NCBI GenBank assembly: GCA_008632985.1
Contig: QPGO01000019.1
Location: 682,001 to 746,000 of the forward strand
Length of the DNA stretch: 64,000 bases
DNA from: Psammoneis japonica
Lineage: Eukaryota
Direction: 5' to 3'
Shown: piece by piece, positions 1-11,887 of the stretch
Layout of the letters: each line of letters opens with the position of its first letter
How positions within the stretch are numbered: position 1 is the first letter of the stretch
The notes under the pieces: generated by a model
Told to the model about the DNA's origin: nothing
The model's database searches: none
Seen by the model: only the letters and a program-made list of their open reading frames with translations
Position numbers and translations under genes: made by a program

Positions 1-1580
1 ATGCAACCCAAGTGCACGAAAACTTTTTTGTGTCTCTGCCAAGGAGACGCCATTCTTTGTCGTCTTGGCATTCTGTTGGTGGAATGATCTCGCCAACCGT
101 GCACACGTTACAAGTGAGCGGACAAGCAACGAATCCTCGTTCAGCTCTGCCATTTAAGTCTCCGAATTCAATGCATTTCGAATATATCCTCTTCTTTATG
201 TCATTGGCAAAATCACTACATTTCCTGCCGCCCCGTCTTCCTTCAATCCAACTGGGATTGTCTTGGCAGTCATAATCGTCGGAGTGCTCTGGTGCGGTGA
301 CTTGGGGTGCTTCACCCTCGTTTGCGACTGATGTCCAAGAAGCCTTCAACCCTGGGCAAGAGCCACAAGTCCGTTGGCATGCCTGATACCCGCTGGATAT
401 ATTACCGTTGCCATCCAGTCCATTCAATTTGCATTTTTTTACAACGTCCGGCGCAATGGTTCTACAAAAGTTGGTGCCACCGTACGGGTCAACATGCCGC
501 CATTGCTCGTCATCTATGCATTTTGTCGCTTCGGTCGTGTCTGGTTTGCAAGTCTTGCACGAAAGCGGACAAGAATGAAAGGCTGTCGTAGTCACACCGT
601 TGGCATTTCCCTCAACATCGCAACGAAAAAAAAGTTCCCTGTAAATGTCGAAGCATGTTCTCGCTTTGTGCTCATTGGATCGGGGTGAGGGAATCATCAT
701 TTTCCAATCAGGATTGTCTCTGCAAACTCCGGAGAAACACGTGTCGCATGTTTTTCTACATGACTGGTACGCAAAGGTTGTCTTCCCATTTGCATTAATT
801 CCTTTCATTCCACACTTCCTATCTGGACTGTCCGCAACCCACGCACAAGACTTGTCTTTCGTTCCATCGTGATGCCAAAATGCATCATCCTGGCATTCAT
901 CCTTAAGTGTCTCGCCAAACTCACAGATTCCACACGTAAACGGACAATGCTTGAATGCGTGTTCAGATGCCTTGTTGGCCAATCCTGTTTTGGAGCATTC
1001 AGAGTACCTCTTGTTCCTTATATCGTGCTCAAGATCGTCGCAGGTCTGTTTACCTTGACCATAATCCCTCCAGTCGGGATTGTCTATACAAGCAGAGGCA
1101 CTCATGTATTTGGGGTCAGAAGATATTGCCGGTTGCATTGTGGGTGAGTCGCTGGGCAGGAAACTTGGGATTTCAGTGAGTTTTAGAGGCGACAATCTTG
1201 TTGGTTGGATTGTAGTTGCAATAGTAGGGCGAGAACTTGGAGTATTTTCACCATAGTTGGCGTTGGGAAGGGGGAAAATTGTTGGTCGTTTTGTAGGTGA
1301 GACACTTGGATGAGATCTTGGGGATTCGTTTTCAGCATTTTCGTAAAAAGGAGAAGGCCATGGCGTAGGTGAGACACTGGGCTGAAAACTTGGAAGTTCA
1401 TTGGGCTTTGGGGAGGGCATGCCTGTCGGTTGCGCTGATGGCTTGATCGTAGGATGAGAACTTGGCAATGTGGAAAATAAGCTAGGCGGAGACGTTGGAG
1501 ACGCAGTGGGAAACGGGCTAGGCGCAGAGGTTGGAGACGATGTTTTGACGTCACAAGCGCCACACGTTAAAGGGCAAGAT
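1..1580 (-). CDS. C-terminal continuation of the subtilisin: Pro/Ser/Thr linker and tandem six-Cys ShK-like repeats, running off the window
   Basis: Manual translation gives a stop-free frame from about 1580 to base 1: SCPLTCGAC, PST-rich linker, CIDNPDW...CPFTCGIC, CQDDAFW...CRKTCDTC, CRDNPDW...CPLSCKTC, CIDDEQW...CQRTCGSC, CQDNPSW...CPLTCNVC, CQDDKEW. Confidence 0.8.
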
Positions 1581-3486
1581 TATAGCCTCTTGAAGGTTGC
1601 CCAAACTCATCAACACCCAAAAGCTTGCAACGGATAGAGGAGTTGGTTTGCAAATATTTGCATCTCTTTTCTATCCCTTTCGAGTTCTTAAAGACCCAAT
1701 TTTTATCGTCTTGGCAAGTTTCTGACTTGCCCGTTGGTGGTTGTGGTTCCGTTGGTAAGTCGTCGGAATTTTCAGTTTGCTTCTCTTTTTTCTTGTTCTT
1801 TTCCTCACCAAACAAAACCGTCTCAGCGTCTTTAAAAACTGCTCCTTTCGACACAAGGTTCCCTTCGAAATAAACTGCGTAGCTTCCTTCGCCATACTGA
1901 CAGCAAATCCCATCCGCCCCCGAGTCTCGAAGTGTGAAGGTGTACTGACTATTAGGCAAACAGAGCCGTTCAACGTTTACAGTTGCTTTACGGTAGCCAC
2001 CACCGGAGCCCACGACAACGTTTTCGGAGTTCCTCAAATCCCATGAAGTCTCCTCGGCCCATTCGTCGGTGATCAGCTCGAGCAGAAATGCCTTATCTGC
2101 GCAATTGAATGCTGTGGGAGCCTGCGTGGGAGACGCAGTATACTGCGGATCCTGAAAACAACCTCCAATACCATCTACAGAAAGAGGCAAGTTCATCTCA
2201 TCACCAGCGACGCATCCCTCCTTCTTCAAAAGCTCATAGGCGCCCTTTGCTTGTACAACACCGTAGCCAAGCTCATGATTACAACCGGGACCACCCTCTG
2301 ACTTCGCTGTACGAATCAACACGTTACGTAGCTGGTTATTTGTGCACTCTGGAAAGTATCCCCACACCAAAGCAGCAACTCCAGCTACAAAAGGTGTAGC
2401 CATCGAGGTCCCACTCCAGCTTTCGTAGCCAAAATCCCGTCCATTATTTGTGGTGACGGTGGAATGGATGTCGACCCCCGGTCCAGCAATCTCAACTTGA
2501 TCATTGTATTGAGAAAACTCCGCAACTTTCATTGCTTTGTCTACGGCAGCTACAGACATGACGTACGGATACGAAGCTGGGTACGAGTATTCGGTGTGCC
2601 CCGCATTTCCAGCCGCGCTTACAATGAGAATGCCATCGTCATAAGCTTCCTTGCAAGCATCCCGAACAGTCTCACTGTAGTCATCAGTACCGAGACTCAT
2701 ACTTATGACATTAGCGCCGGCATCAATGCAGCTTTCAAATGCATCGATCAAATCTTCTTCAGATCCATACCCACTACTATCCAACACTTTACCAATGTGA
2801 AACCTGAATCTAGTCGGGTCACTCATGACTCCAATCACACCTACATTATTTACACCGATCGCCCCGATAACACCAGCGCAATGGCTCCCGTGGCCATATT
2901 CGTCTTTTCGCCAGTCTCCGGTCCGAGATGAACTACCATTTACTTGTTTGTTTGGTAAATCTGGGTGTCCTAAGCCATACCCGCTGTCGAGGATACATAT
3001 CGTCATATTCGATTTGGGCCGTTCTCCCCAGAGACTAGGCGACGCCTGCACCATGTCGATTCCATAAGGAATAGATTCCGCTACTCGACGAGTGTGGTGA
3101 AATTGTTTTACATTGCCTTTGCCCTCCCGCAAAGAAAGAGCGCGTATTTCGTGGATGGGTTCCACATATTCGATGTTGGGATTCTTTAAAAGTTTTTTGA
3201 GCGCCTGGCTGCTTTTGGGCCGAATGACAAGAACTCTCTGCTTTGGAAGATGCTTCTCAATAACTCTATTCTTTGACCAGCGTCTCGCGACTCGTTTCCC
3301 TTTGCTGTCCTTGTATTTCACAAAGAGTCTCATTTCTTCAGGTATAGCTTGTTTCCCGCTTATAATGCTTTCCAGTATTGTTTTGTCTTTTTCGCCCATG
3401 CCACTTGGCCAACCGGAAGCAACTAATGTTGCACGGCAAACAATCGTTACAACCACTGTGAACGAGGAAATGGAAGCAATCTGCAT
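1567..3486 (-). CDS. Secreted subtilisin-like serine protease (S8), N-terminal part: signal peptide, prodomain, catalytic domain, beta-rich C-terminal module, first Cys-rich repeat
   Basis: Catalytic triad motifs ICILDSG, HGSHCAG and GTSMATP, plus oxyanion SAAGN. Hydrophobic N-terminus from the ATG at 3486. The ORF stops at 1567 mid-repeat because of a 1-nt frameshift near 1580. Confidence 0.92.
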   Translation of the reverse strand: MQIASISSFTVVVTIVCRATLVASGWPSGMGEKDKTILESIISGKQAIPEEMRLFVKYKDSKGKRVARRWSKNRVIEKHLPKQRVLVIRPKSSQALKKLLKNPNIEYVEPIHEIRALSLREGKGNVKQFHHTRRVAESIPYGIDMVQASPSLWGERPKSNMTICILDSGYGLGHPDLPNKQVNGSSSRTGDWRKDEYGHGSHCAGVIGAIGVNNVGVIGVMSDPTRFRFHIGKVLDSSGYGSEEDLIDAFESCIDAGANVISMSLGTDDYSETVRDACKEAYDDGILIVSAAGNAGHTEYSYPASYPYVMSVAAVDKAMKVAEFSQYNDQVEIAGPGVDIHSTVTTNNGRDFGYESWSGTSMATPFVAGVAALVWGYFPECTNNQLRNVLIRTAKSEGGPGCNHELGYGVVQAKGAYELLKKEGCVAGDEMNLPLSVDGIGGCFQDPQYTASPTQAPTAFNCADKAFLLELITDEWAEETSWDLRNSENVVVGSGGGYRKATVNVERLCLPNSQYTFTLRDSGADGICCQYGEGSYAVYFEGNLVSKGAVFKDAETVLFGEEKNKKKEKQTENSDDLPTEPQPPTGKSETCQDDKNWVFKNSKGIEKRCKYLQTNSSIRCKLLGVDEFGQPSRGYNLAL

Positions 3487-4647
3487 GGTTGATAGCGTGT
3501 GAAGATGTGACAAAGGTAAAGGTCGTACCTAGCATGATCGGTATAGATGCCGATCGCAAAACTGAAAACCAATGAATGTGGTGAGATGTTGAAAAAGAGG
3601 AAATTCAAAATGACACTGACATTGTGAGGGGCTTAGGTATTTTCATCGAACAGTCATAAAATAATGTCATTATTGGACATAATTTTAAGTGTTTTGGTGG
3701 CGTTTGCATTCCCGAAACAAGACTGCAACTTACTGAGGAGTCGGGAGTTACTGTAATCTAGACCTATACTGGACACTCTTCCTCGCAACTCGCCCCTAAC
3801 TAGCTAGAAGTAATTATCCATAAATGTAATGGAGCTCGCTATTCGACTCTTATGTATGGAGTCACGACTAGCACAATGTGAACTGTAAAAAACGTCCCGA
3901 ACACACGTATCGCATTTTTGTACACCGATATTTAACGATAACGGCATTTAGCAAATAATTAGGGCATTTTTACAGATGTAACCCATACAATTTGTACTCA
4001 AAAATCTATACTTGTAACACAATTAGAAGATTTTTTAAATGTTTCCTATTCAAATTGACACTCAAATTTTGATATTACTTTATCAACTCCGACTGCTTCA
4101 TAATCAATAAACAAGTTCGTATATTTTATTAAAAGACGTGGCCGGCGTTTCGGTCCATTTTGGCGGCTCCGACATTTGAGTTTACTTAACACCAGACATT
4201 TCTATAGGACTTCAGTTCGTAGAGCAATAAATACGTAGACTGGTACAAATTCTACAGCAGGAGTCATGTGCAGTCATTTTACATACCAATCATCCAGACA
4301 TTTACTATATATTTAAATACAAAGTATGCAGTTTGTTATAGTCTATTTTGCACATTGTGCTAGTCGTAGCCTCATACTTACAAATCGAACCCTTTCGAGA
4401 GTAATCATGGAGTGACACGCTCTAGTGTACGGTAACGGAGGATTAGATTTACCCACTGACTGTACCAGGTTTTGTGTCGGCATCGAATGCGTTGGCCATC
4501 AACGACACAGCAATGGATGCAAGCTTACGGTGCGTTGAGCGAGTCCCACCAAGGTATATGTTTCATTATTCGCTAACGCATGCGTTTTCCATTTGAGACC
4601 ATATTGTTGACTATAAAGAATCAAGTGTAAATGCATACTTCACACAA

Positions 4648-5370
4648 ATGTTTTGGGAACAGCTACGCTCAGCACAACTCAAAACTCTCATAAAAAAAAA
4701 GAGGCAGAAAAGCATGGTCCGTTTTCAATTTGACGGCGACGAGCTCATGTGGGATGCAGTCCTCAGCGATCCGGTTCTTGTCCTGGAGGACATGGTTTCC
4801 AAAGGTCGTACACTGGAACAGCTCCAAGAGGCATTGACGATGCTCCAAGATGCAGAATCGAATGAATCCTGCGTTTGGGTTTTGTGCTGTGGCCACAGCG
4901 GTTACAAGGACGCAGAGATTTCTGGCTCTGTGCACGGTGTATTCCGAAATGAACAAGATGGGCGCAAGGTAATGGCGTCATTGGTGAAAAAGGATTGCAA
5001 CGCGGAAAATTCTCACATGGAAGAAATACATGTCACTGACGATGAGAACGTTGTTCATATCTCAGAGACAGAATGCAGCAACTACCGAGCCGAGTGGAAG
5101 ACCTACACCTTAAAGCGGTGTGTCTACAATGGCAAAGGACATGACGTGTTTGTTGCCTTGTGTCAGTCCTCTTCCTATTTTCGTGGCGATTTTAGCTGGG
5201 TAAACCATGTTACTGTCCAAGCTTTCGACAAGGAAGAAGGAGCATTGAAATTCTGTAAGCATGTTAAGCAGAACAACCGCTGGTACTCCTACGAATGGGA
5301 AGACGACGGCGAACACAACTTCCTTTCAACCGGTGTTTATGAATCATCTGTTGATCCTATTGTCGAGTAA
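4648..5370 (+). CDS. Hypothetical protein (up to 240 aa; start may be the later Met of MVRFQF)
   Basis: Isolated long ORF with normal amino-acid composition in an otherwise ORF-poor, AT-rich region. No family recognised. Confidence 0.6.
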   Translation: MFWEQLRSAQLKTLIKKKRQKSMVRFQFDGDELMWDAVLSDPVLVLEDMVSKGRTLEQLQEALTMLQDAESNESCVWVLCCGHSGYKDAEISGSVHGVFRNEQDGRKVMASLVKKDCNAENSHMEEIHVTDDENVVHISETECSNYRAEWKTYTLKRCVYNGKGHDVFVALCQSSSYFRGDFSWVNHVTVQAFDKEEGALKFCKHVKQNNRWYSYEWEDDGEHNFLSTGVYESSVDPIVE

Positions 5371-5578
5371 GACATGGTTCGCACTTGCAACTGCTCACGA
5401 TTACGTCTCACAACGCCACCAGAACTTGCAACGAAAAGGCTGTTATATTTGAACGGCTTCCAACAGAAACAAAAGTCCATTAGTTAGTTCAACATATATA
5501 GGAATGGAACTTGACAGATGCTGGTGGATTATAATGCTTCTCCTTTCTACTCGCCCGACCAACAGTCATTGTTTTTTA

Positions 5579-6095
5579 TTACAACGAATTCATTACGTTT
5601 TGAAATTCCTCGCGACTCCACGTTTTCGGTTCCATGACGGCCGCGATTTGACTTGCTGGTAGTGGCTCATTGCATTCTCGAGACAATTGTTCCAAATCTT
5701 GTGCGGTTATACACGTCCCATTGGTTGAAATCGCATCAAAGGTGGCGGATAGTTCGGCGTCTCGATCTTTTCGTGGTAACTAAATACACGAAATTGAAAA
5801 TGATAATGTGCCAGTTTGAGAAAACATAACTTTTCATAGAGACACACAAGTCATAACCATACCACTGTTAACACACCTTGCTGACAATCTTCAAAACCTC
5901 ATTCACCGTAATGCCGGTTGTTTTGTTGTTTGTTTTCTGAAGCAGCTCGTCTCGAGTCGTTTTCGGAAATCCCAATCCCAAAATCAAAACTACAAAGTTG
6001 TCTAGAGTTATCACTCCCGTTCGATCCTCATCCAAAGCACGAAAACAGGAACGAATTTCCTCCTCCTCTTGACGATGATCTCTTCTTCCTGACAT
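5579..6095 (-). CDS. EF-hand (centrin/calmodulin-like) protein, 2 exons (6095-5877, 5779-5579)
   Basis: EF-hand FRALDEDRTGVITLDNF. GT-AG intron 5780-5876 joins in frame to LPRKDRDAELSATFDAISTNGTCITAQDL...NSL*. Confidence 0.8.
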
Positions 6096-6479
6096 TGTGT
6101 TGGGAGTTGGAATGCTATTATGAGTACATCCGCACGTCGTTGTTGTGATGTGGATAGGATGTGCCGTTGCATTTTTTGGCTTTTGTTGTTGTTGGCTTTA
6201 GGTCTGAAAACACCAAAAATCTGAAAACTGCCTATTTCTTCCAGCTTTCTGCGAAAACGTCAAAACGAGACTGCCCGTCGTCCGCTTTAGGCCGATTCTC
6301 GCATAGGCGTGCGCGCTGCGCGCATTGGCCCAAAATCGATCGAATCGATCGCATCGCGCCATGATGTCGCAAAAACAAAGCGAAGACACACAACACACGA
6401 AAACATCAACCCCATTGCAACCGCATTGCAACAGCAACAACAACAGCGACATTGAATCATTCTTTCTTTCGTTTGAACC

Positions 6480-8521
6480 ATGACACAAGAAGTCGGAGCA
6501 TCCCTTGCAAGCGCTTCTGTTGATACTACGGAATCAAACGACATGGAAACGATTAGTCTGTCGACGGACGTGCCGACGCAACGCAACGAGGCGGCTGCTG
6601 CTGCAGCGTCGGACTTAGTATCCGCCAGCAAGCGTCATTCTCTTCCGTCCTTGATGGATAGTATGGAGGAAGAAGAAGAAGTGGAGGAAAGTAGCAGTAG
6701 TAATGAAAAAGAAAAAGAAGAACAAGACAAGAGTTCTGAGGAAAACAACAACAGTTCTGAAAACAACAAGAACGCAAGCACGGACGGCGATACCGCGACG
6801 CTACTCCACATGGAGCAAGAAGATGAACAAGTGGGTCAAAAACGTCCACGCCGCCGTCATACGATATCATCTGATACGTCGGATTGGAATGGCTTTGTAC
6901 GAAAGGGTGCTAAAATCAAGACGCTCGTTGATCATGCCCTGGCCAAAGTGGGGCTTTCCGCGAAAAAGCAAAAGCGTAGCCATACACAAGAAGCATCGCC
7001 GCCGCCACAACCCAAGCAACCACGAAATGAGGCGGCCGAAAAGATTGCCAAGGAGCAAACGGCTCAAGTCATGATGCTCAAAATGGTAAGCAGCGTAGTA
7101 TTTTTGAGATATTGTTTACGAATTTCATCAGAATTTCTAATTCCATATTCTATTTCTTTTCTATAGAAACTCAAAGAGGCCGAGGCAGAAGCGGCAGCCA
7201 TGTCTGCCACGAATGCCACGCTTCGAGAAGCGGCGTCCGCGTCGTCGGAACGAATGGAACGCACGGTGGAAGCACTCAAGATTGCAGGAGTGAGTTGAAC
7301 TATTTGGAGTTGGAGTTGATTTTGAAATTTTCCAACTGTACTCATACCGTGTCTACCGTTCCATCTCTCTCTCCTCTCTCCTCTATTCCTTCCACACTTG
7401 CATAACCACAGACCAACGCTGCCAATGCCCGCGCCGACGCAGACTCGGCCGAGGCCAATGCGGCTGCTCTCTCGACGCAGCTACAAGCCCTCAAGAGTGT
7501 TGTAGACGAAACGAAGCGGGCCTCCCAGATTTTGCATACCGAACACGAGCAAGTCACACAAGCCACACGCTCTCTCGAGGTTCAAATCCAAACGACGCAA
7601 ACGGAAAATGCTTCCCTCAAGCAACAGTGCCGACGATTGGAGGAGGAACAAACGGAATTGCAAAGGGACCACGAAACCGCAATATCCGAACGCAAGTCGC
7701 TCGAGACGCGTGTCGAGAATGTGACGCAAGAGTTGACTCGCTTGCAGCACACGTTGCAAGAACGCGAAGCGGTCGATCAGGCTCGTTTGGACCGCACCCA
7801 CGTGATTGAAAAGGAACTCCGCGAAACCCGTGCCCTCTTGGTGGAAGCGTCGGCGGCATCGGCCGATACGGAAACCACCACGGCCTTGCTCAACAACACC
7901 ATTGACGGGTTGCGCAAGGAAAATCTCGAACTGCACGAGAAAATCAAGGCGCTCTTGGAACAACAGCGCAAGGACCAAGACGGTCTGCAAGAGCAACTCG
8001 CCAAGACGGAGAGCGAGGCGCAGCAGTTGCGCATCAAGGCGGCGGCCGACAAGGATGAAATGGATCGTTTGGTGCTGGACAAGGCGTCTCATGAAGAAAC
8101 GATTGCGCAGCTCAAACTACAAATTACGCAACTCAAGCGTGGCAACAGCACGACTACGGCAGTATTGGGAGATGTCCATTCTGAAAACAAGACACCGGAC
8201 GTGTCGTCCTTGAACAACAAGTCAGCGAAAAAGAGTGTTACAACGCCAAAGACTCTCTCCATTCCCACTCTTGGAGGCAGCGGCAAGGAGAATCGCGCTG
8301 GCAACAAAAACACTATTTGCTGCATTTGCTACAAGGAAGCCTTTGGACTCATGAAGTCATGTCAATGTGGCAAGAAGGATTGTAACAAGCGTGCGCATTC
8401 CGTCTGCTTGACTAGCGGCAAGAATGTCACACCGAGTGTCAGTCATCCCGGAACGCCGGCGCCGCGACTGCCGGTTGTACTATGCAGCAACACCACTACC
8501 CCCAACAACAATAGCGCATGA
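6480..8521 (+). CDS. Acidic N-terminus, long coiled coil and C-terminal Cys/His zinc finger (PHD/RING-variant-like), 3 exons
   Basis: GT-AG introns 7086-7166 and 7290-7411 join ORFs 6480 and 7532 in frame. C-terminal CCICYK...CQCGKKDCNKRAHSVC. Confidence 0.8.
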
Positions 8522-9140
8522 GATTGTGCTTGTAGACGTGTTTGTAGTGTTGAGCCAATGAGGAAACTAGACGAATGGAGTGGAGTCTTTGGAAGGCTCT
8601 TCTATTCGATTCGTACTGTATAACAAATAGCTCGTTTCGAGTTTGTAGAACGACCCATGGCGTGCTTGTAAATGAATACCGTAGTAGGTGAATCAAGCTA
8701 CACTACTGATGCTGAAGAGATTGCTGGTGTAGACAAAACCTAGCTCTCTCGAACAGTTCTATGGACACATCATGTGGAAATAGGAAAAGTAGGGACGCAA
8801 ATGACGCGCGCCGCAGACCAAGAGTTAGTTTGTAATATTATACGGCATGGTGATGCAAACGACGCTGCGGACCAAGTGTTAGATGCCGGGGAAGAATCAT
8901 GGAGAAAGGAGCGATTGGTGCTAACCCTACTTGTACCGGTACGAAAATTAGAGTTCCGCACAGTGCGCTTTTTTTGAAATTTTGGTCATTGATTGAGTCG
9001 TTTCCAAGACCAAACAAATAACTACATACCGCCACCAACATCAACAAGAAATGACAGCACGACTAAAAACCCAGAACAAAAGACAAAAGACCCGGAATCA
9101 GAATCGAAACAACAACAACAACAAAAAACACAGCATCTCC

Positions 9141-10805
9141 ATGTGCAACTCTCCAAGCATTGCATTTGCGTGGGTCGGCGCTATTCTGGTGAATGTTGGA
9201 TTCATTTCGTTGATTACTTGGGGCGCAGCAACCGCGTGGCCCCTTGGCTTTGTCCTTGCAGGTCTTTACACCTTACTTTTGTTTTGCCTTGCTCGTTACC
9301 TGGAGCGGCGAAACGTCGCCACGACTCAAAATGAGCACCGCGTGCTCAATCAAGAGGAAGAGATAGAGAATGAAGAGCGTGACACTAGTGAGGAAGACGA
9401 ACCGAGGGTTGCTCCCAAAACACCTGTTCTCGTCAGTTTGGTGTATGGACTGGCGGTGCTTTCCCTTGGTGTCACCGGCTTTATCCTACCCATGAATATG
9501 TTTCCCGATTGCAATTCATCCGACTATTGGAAGCCACAGTGGAAGTGGACCGTCAACGCTACTAGCATTCCTACTTCACTTCGATCGTGGGCAAAGGGGA
9601 TTAACACGGATCGAGGCGCTTCATTTGCCTACGTTGCAGACACGAATACGACTCTCTTTTGTGGAAACTACGAGAAGACTCCCTATGGAAAATATCTTTT
9701 GAGCACCAGGCATGTTGGTGAACCACCGAAGCAAATTCCAGATGTGTCTTTCCCCGACTCTTTCACAACGTTGTCTTCTGATACGGTGTGCTTCCAACAT
9801 GCCATTGCACACAAATCTTATAAACAGGCGATTACATGCTCAGATGGAGACAACTTTCGATCCGTAGAATCTCAAGATGGAAAAGACTTTGTCGCGCATG
9901 ACGGAATTTTGTGGTTCAAACAGTATCCCAAGAGCAACACAGCATCGGGGATTATGATATTCTCGCTGGATCCCGACACCATGTTAATTACGCCCCATAG
10001 CCATCGCGAGAAGATTCATAGTAAGGGCAGTAACGATTGCAACGGGACCCGACAAGTTCGGCTTCAAGCCATTGTTACGCTCCTTGTTGTTGGACTACCA
10101 ATCGTAGTGACATCGATTGGTTTGTGGCTTCACAAGGGAATTCCGTCCATGATAGTCACGGCCTTTGTTGGGTTGACGATTATCTTTGCGTCAATAGTGA
10201 CGGCCATTACTCCAACAAACCCGCCTCGAGATCCATTCAACTGGTGGTTCGCCGTCACGGGTCTACTTCTGCTTTCAATCTTGCCCATTATCATCTTGAA
10301 GGGTGACTTGGCTCCGCCAAAGTATACCGATTCCTTGCGTTGGGGTCTTGTCATTGGAGGTATCTCTTTCTTTAGTGGAATGATGGCGTTAATTTTCAAG
10401 GACAGCAGGGACGAACTGCTGAGTTGGATTCTAGCGAATCTTCTAGTCTTTATCCCACTCATTGTTTTTGGCGCAGCCACGGATGCACTGTTTCTCGTAG
10501 TGTTGGGTGGGATTGGGTTCCTTATGGATTCTTGGAGGTTTGCAGACTTTGTTGCTGATCATGTTCATGGTCAATTGCAAGCCCCAATTCGGTTTCTGGT
10601 CTTTTCGATTACCGGTCTTGTAGTGGGAGCAATAGGTAAGTGTCTATCCTATTTTCAACCCCAAGTCAAGGCGTCGGCAGAACGCATCGTGAAAGAAAGC
10701 CATTTCGTTGGTAGGATGTGTACAGGCACGGACCACTCTGAAAACGAGAATGATCCTCTTCTTTCTTTGAATGACAGCTCTGGTCCGTCTCTTACATGTG
10801 CTTGA
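9141..10805 (+). CDS. Multi-pass membrane protein of unknown family
   Basis: Long ORF (9051-10805) with about 3 N-terminal and about 7 C-terminal hydrophobic segments around a soluble loop. Likely start is MCNSPS at 9141. Confidence 0.8.
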   Translation: MCNSPSIAFAWVGAILVNVGFISLITWGAATAWPLGFVLAGLYTLLLFCLARYLERRNVATTQNEHRVLNQEEEIENEERDTSEEDEPRVAPKTPVLVSLVYGLAVLSLGVTGFILPMNMFPDCNSSDYWKPQWKWTVNATSIPTSLRSWAKGINTDRGASFAYVADTNTTLFCGNYEKTPYGKYLLSTRHVGEPPKQIPDVSFPDSFTTLSSDTVCFQHAIAHKSYKQAITCSDGDNFRSVESQDGKDFVAHDGILWFKQYPKSNTASGIMIFSLDPDTMLITPHSHREKIHSKGSNDCNGTRQVRLQAIVTLLVVGLPIVVTSIGLWLHKGIPSMIVTAFVGLTIIFASIVTAITPTNPPRDPFNWWFAVTGLLLLSILPIIILKGDLAPPKYTDSLRWGLVIGGISFFSGMMALIFKDSRDELLSWILANLLVFIPLIVFGAATDALFLVVLGGIGFLMDSWRFADFVADHVHGQLQAPIRFLVFSITGLVVGAIGKCLSYFQPQVKASAERIVKESHFVGRMCTGTDHSENENDPLLSLNDSSGPSLTCA

Positions 10806-11450
10806 AATTCAGAGAAAATGCCAGCACCTCATAGTCTACATCGGAACTCGTTACAAGACAGTGTACATACCTAAACAACAATCTTGTACGTGAGTGCCGC
10901 TACTTTGTAAAGTTAAAAATATAAAGCCACAAAAGTGGATCAGAAGCAACGACTCTAGAGTAGAGGCTCTCGTAAAGTGCTTAGACTAACTGCACTCTAC
11001 TAGCTAGATAGTCGAGTGGAGGTTGTTTCCAAAGAACCAATTCAGTTTCTGGTCTTTTCGATTGGCGGTCTGTAGTGGGTAAAATTGGAAAGTGTCTATC
11101 CATTTTGAACCCCGATCCAAGGTGTCGGCAGAACGCATCGTGAAAGAAAGCCCTTTTGTTGGTAGGGTGTGTACAGGCATGGACCACTCTAGAAACCGAG
11201 GATGATCCTCTTGTTGCTTAGAACGACAGCTCTCTGGTCCCTCTCTTCCGTGGAACGCGTGACAAGACACTGTACACACCTAATTAACATATGGCGATCT
11301 TGTAGAAAGTTTTATGAGTAATGCGGTTGAATTTAAAATAAATGGCCACAAAAGTGGATCAGAAGCAAAAACTCTAGAAACTAGAGAATAGGCTACCGTA
11401 TCGTAAAGTGGTCAGTCTAGCTACTCTAGAGAGCCGAGAGGAGGTGTTTT
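10584..11450 (+). repeat. Tandem duplication (about 450-bp unit) of the 3' end and downstream region of the membrane-protein gene; second copy degenerate
   Basis: 10584-11030 aligns with 11037-11450. Shared stretches include gtcggcagaacgcatcgtgaaagaaagcc and gccacaaaagtggatcagaagcaa. Confidence 0.9.
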
Positions 11451-11887
11451 CTACTCTCTAGCCGTTATCATCGTGAGGGTTTCAATCGTTTTCACTACTA
11501 GTGTGTTGTGTGAATGAAGTATGCTAAGGCACGAACAATTCCTTGCTACTTGCTACTGCCGATATTATGTAGCGGGTGTTGGGATTCTAGGTAGTGGCTC
11601 AATCCCTGTTGATCCACCACAGGTCCTCTCATCCTCTCAATGATTCCTTCCTTGATTATACTCTGTCGATCCAAATGACATTTTCTTTTATCCCTGTTGT
11701 GAAATCGACCCGAATTGGCTAAAAGCCTACCTTGTGCTCCTTCGCTTTAACACAGTACGAAGAATGTGACTCAATATATCTCAATAGATTACTCAAAAAA
11801 GGAATCTAACGTTTTCTTGACCACTTGACGTGTACAATCTATTCACCACTCAGATTACTCCAGAACCCGAGAAACAACTTCTTTTCG

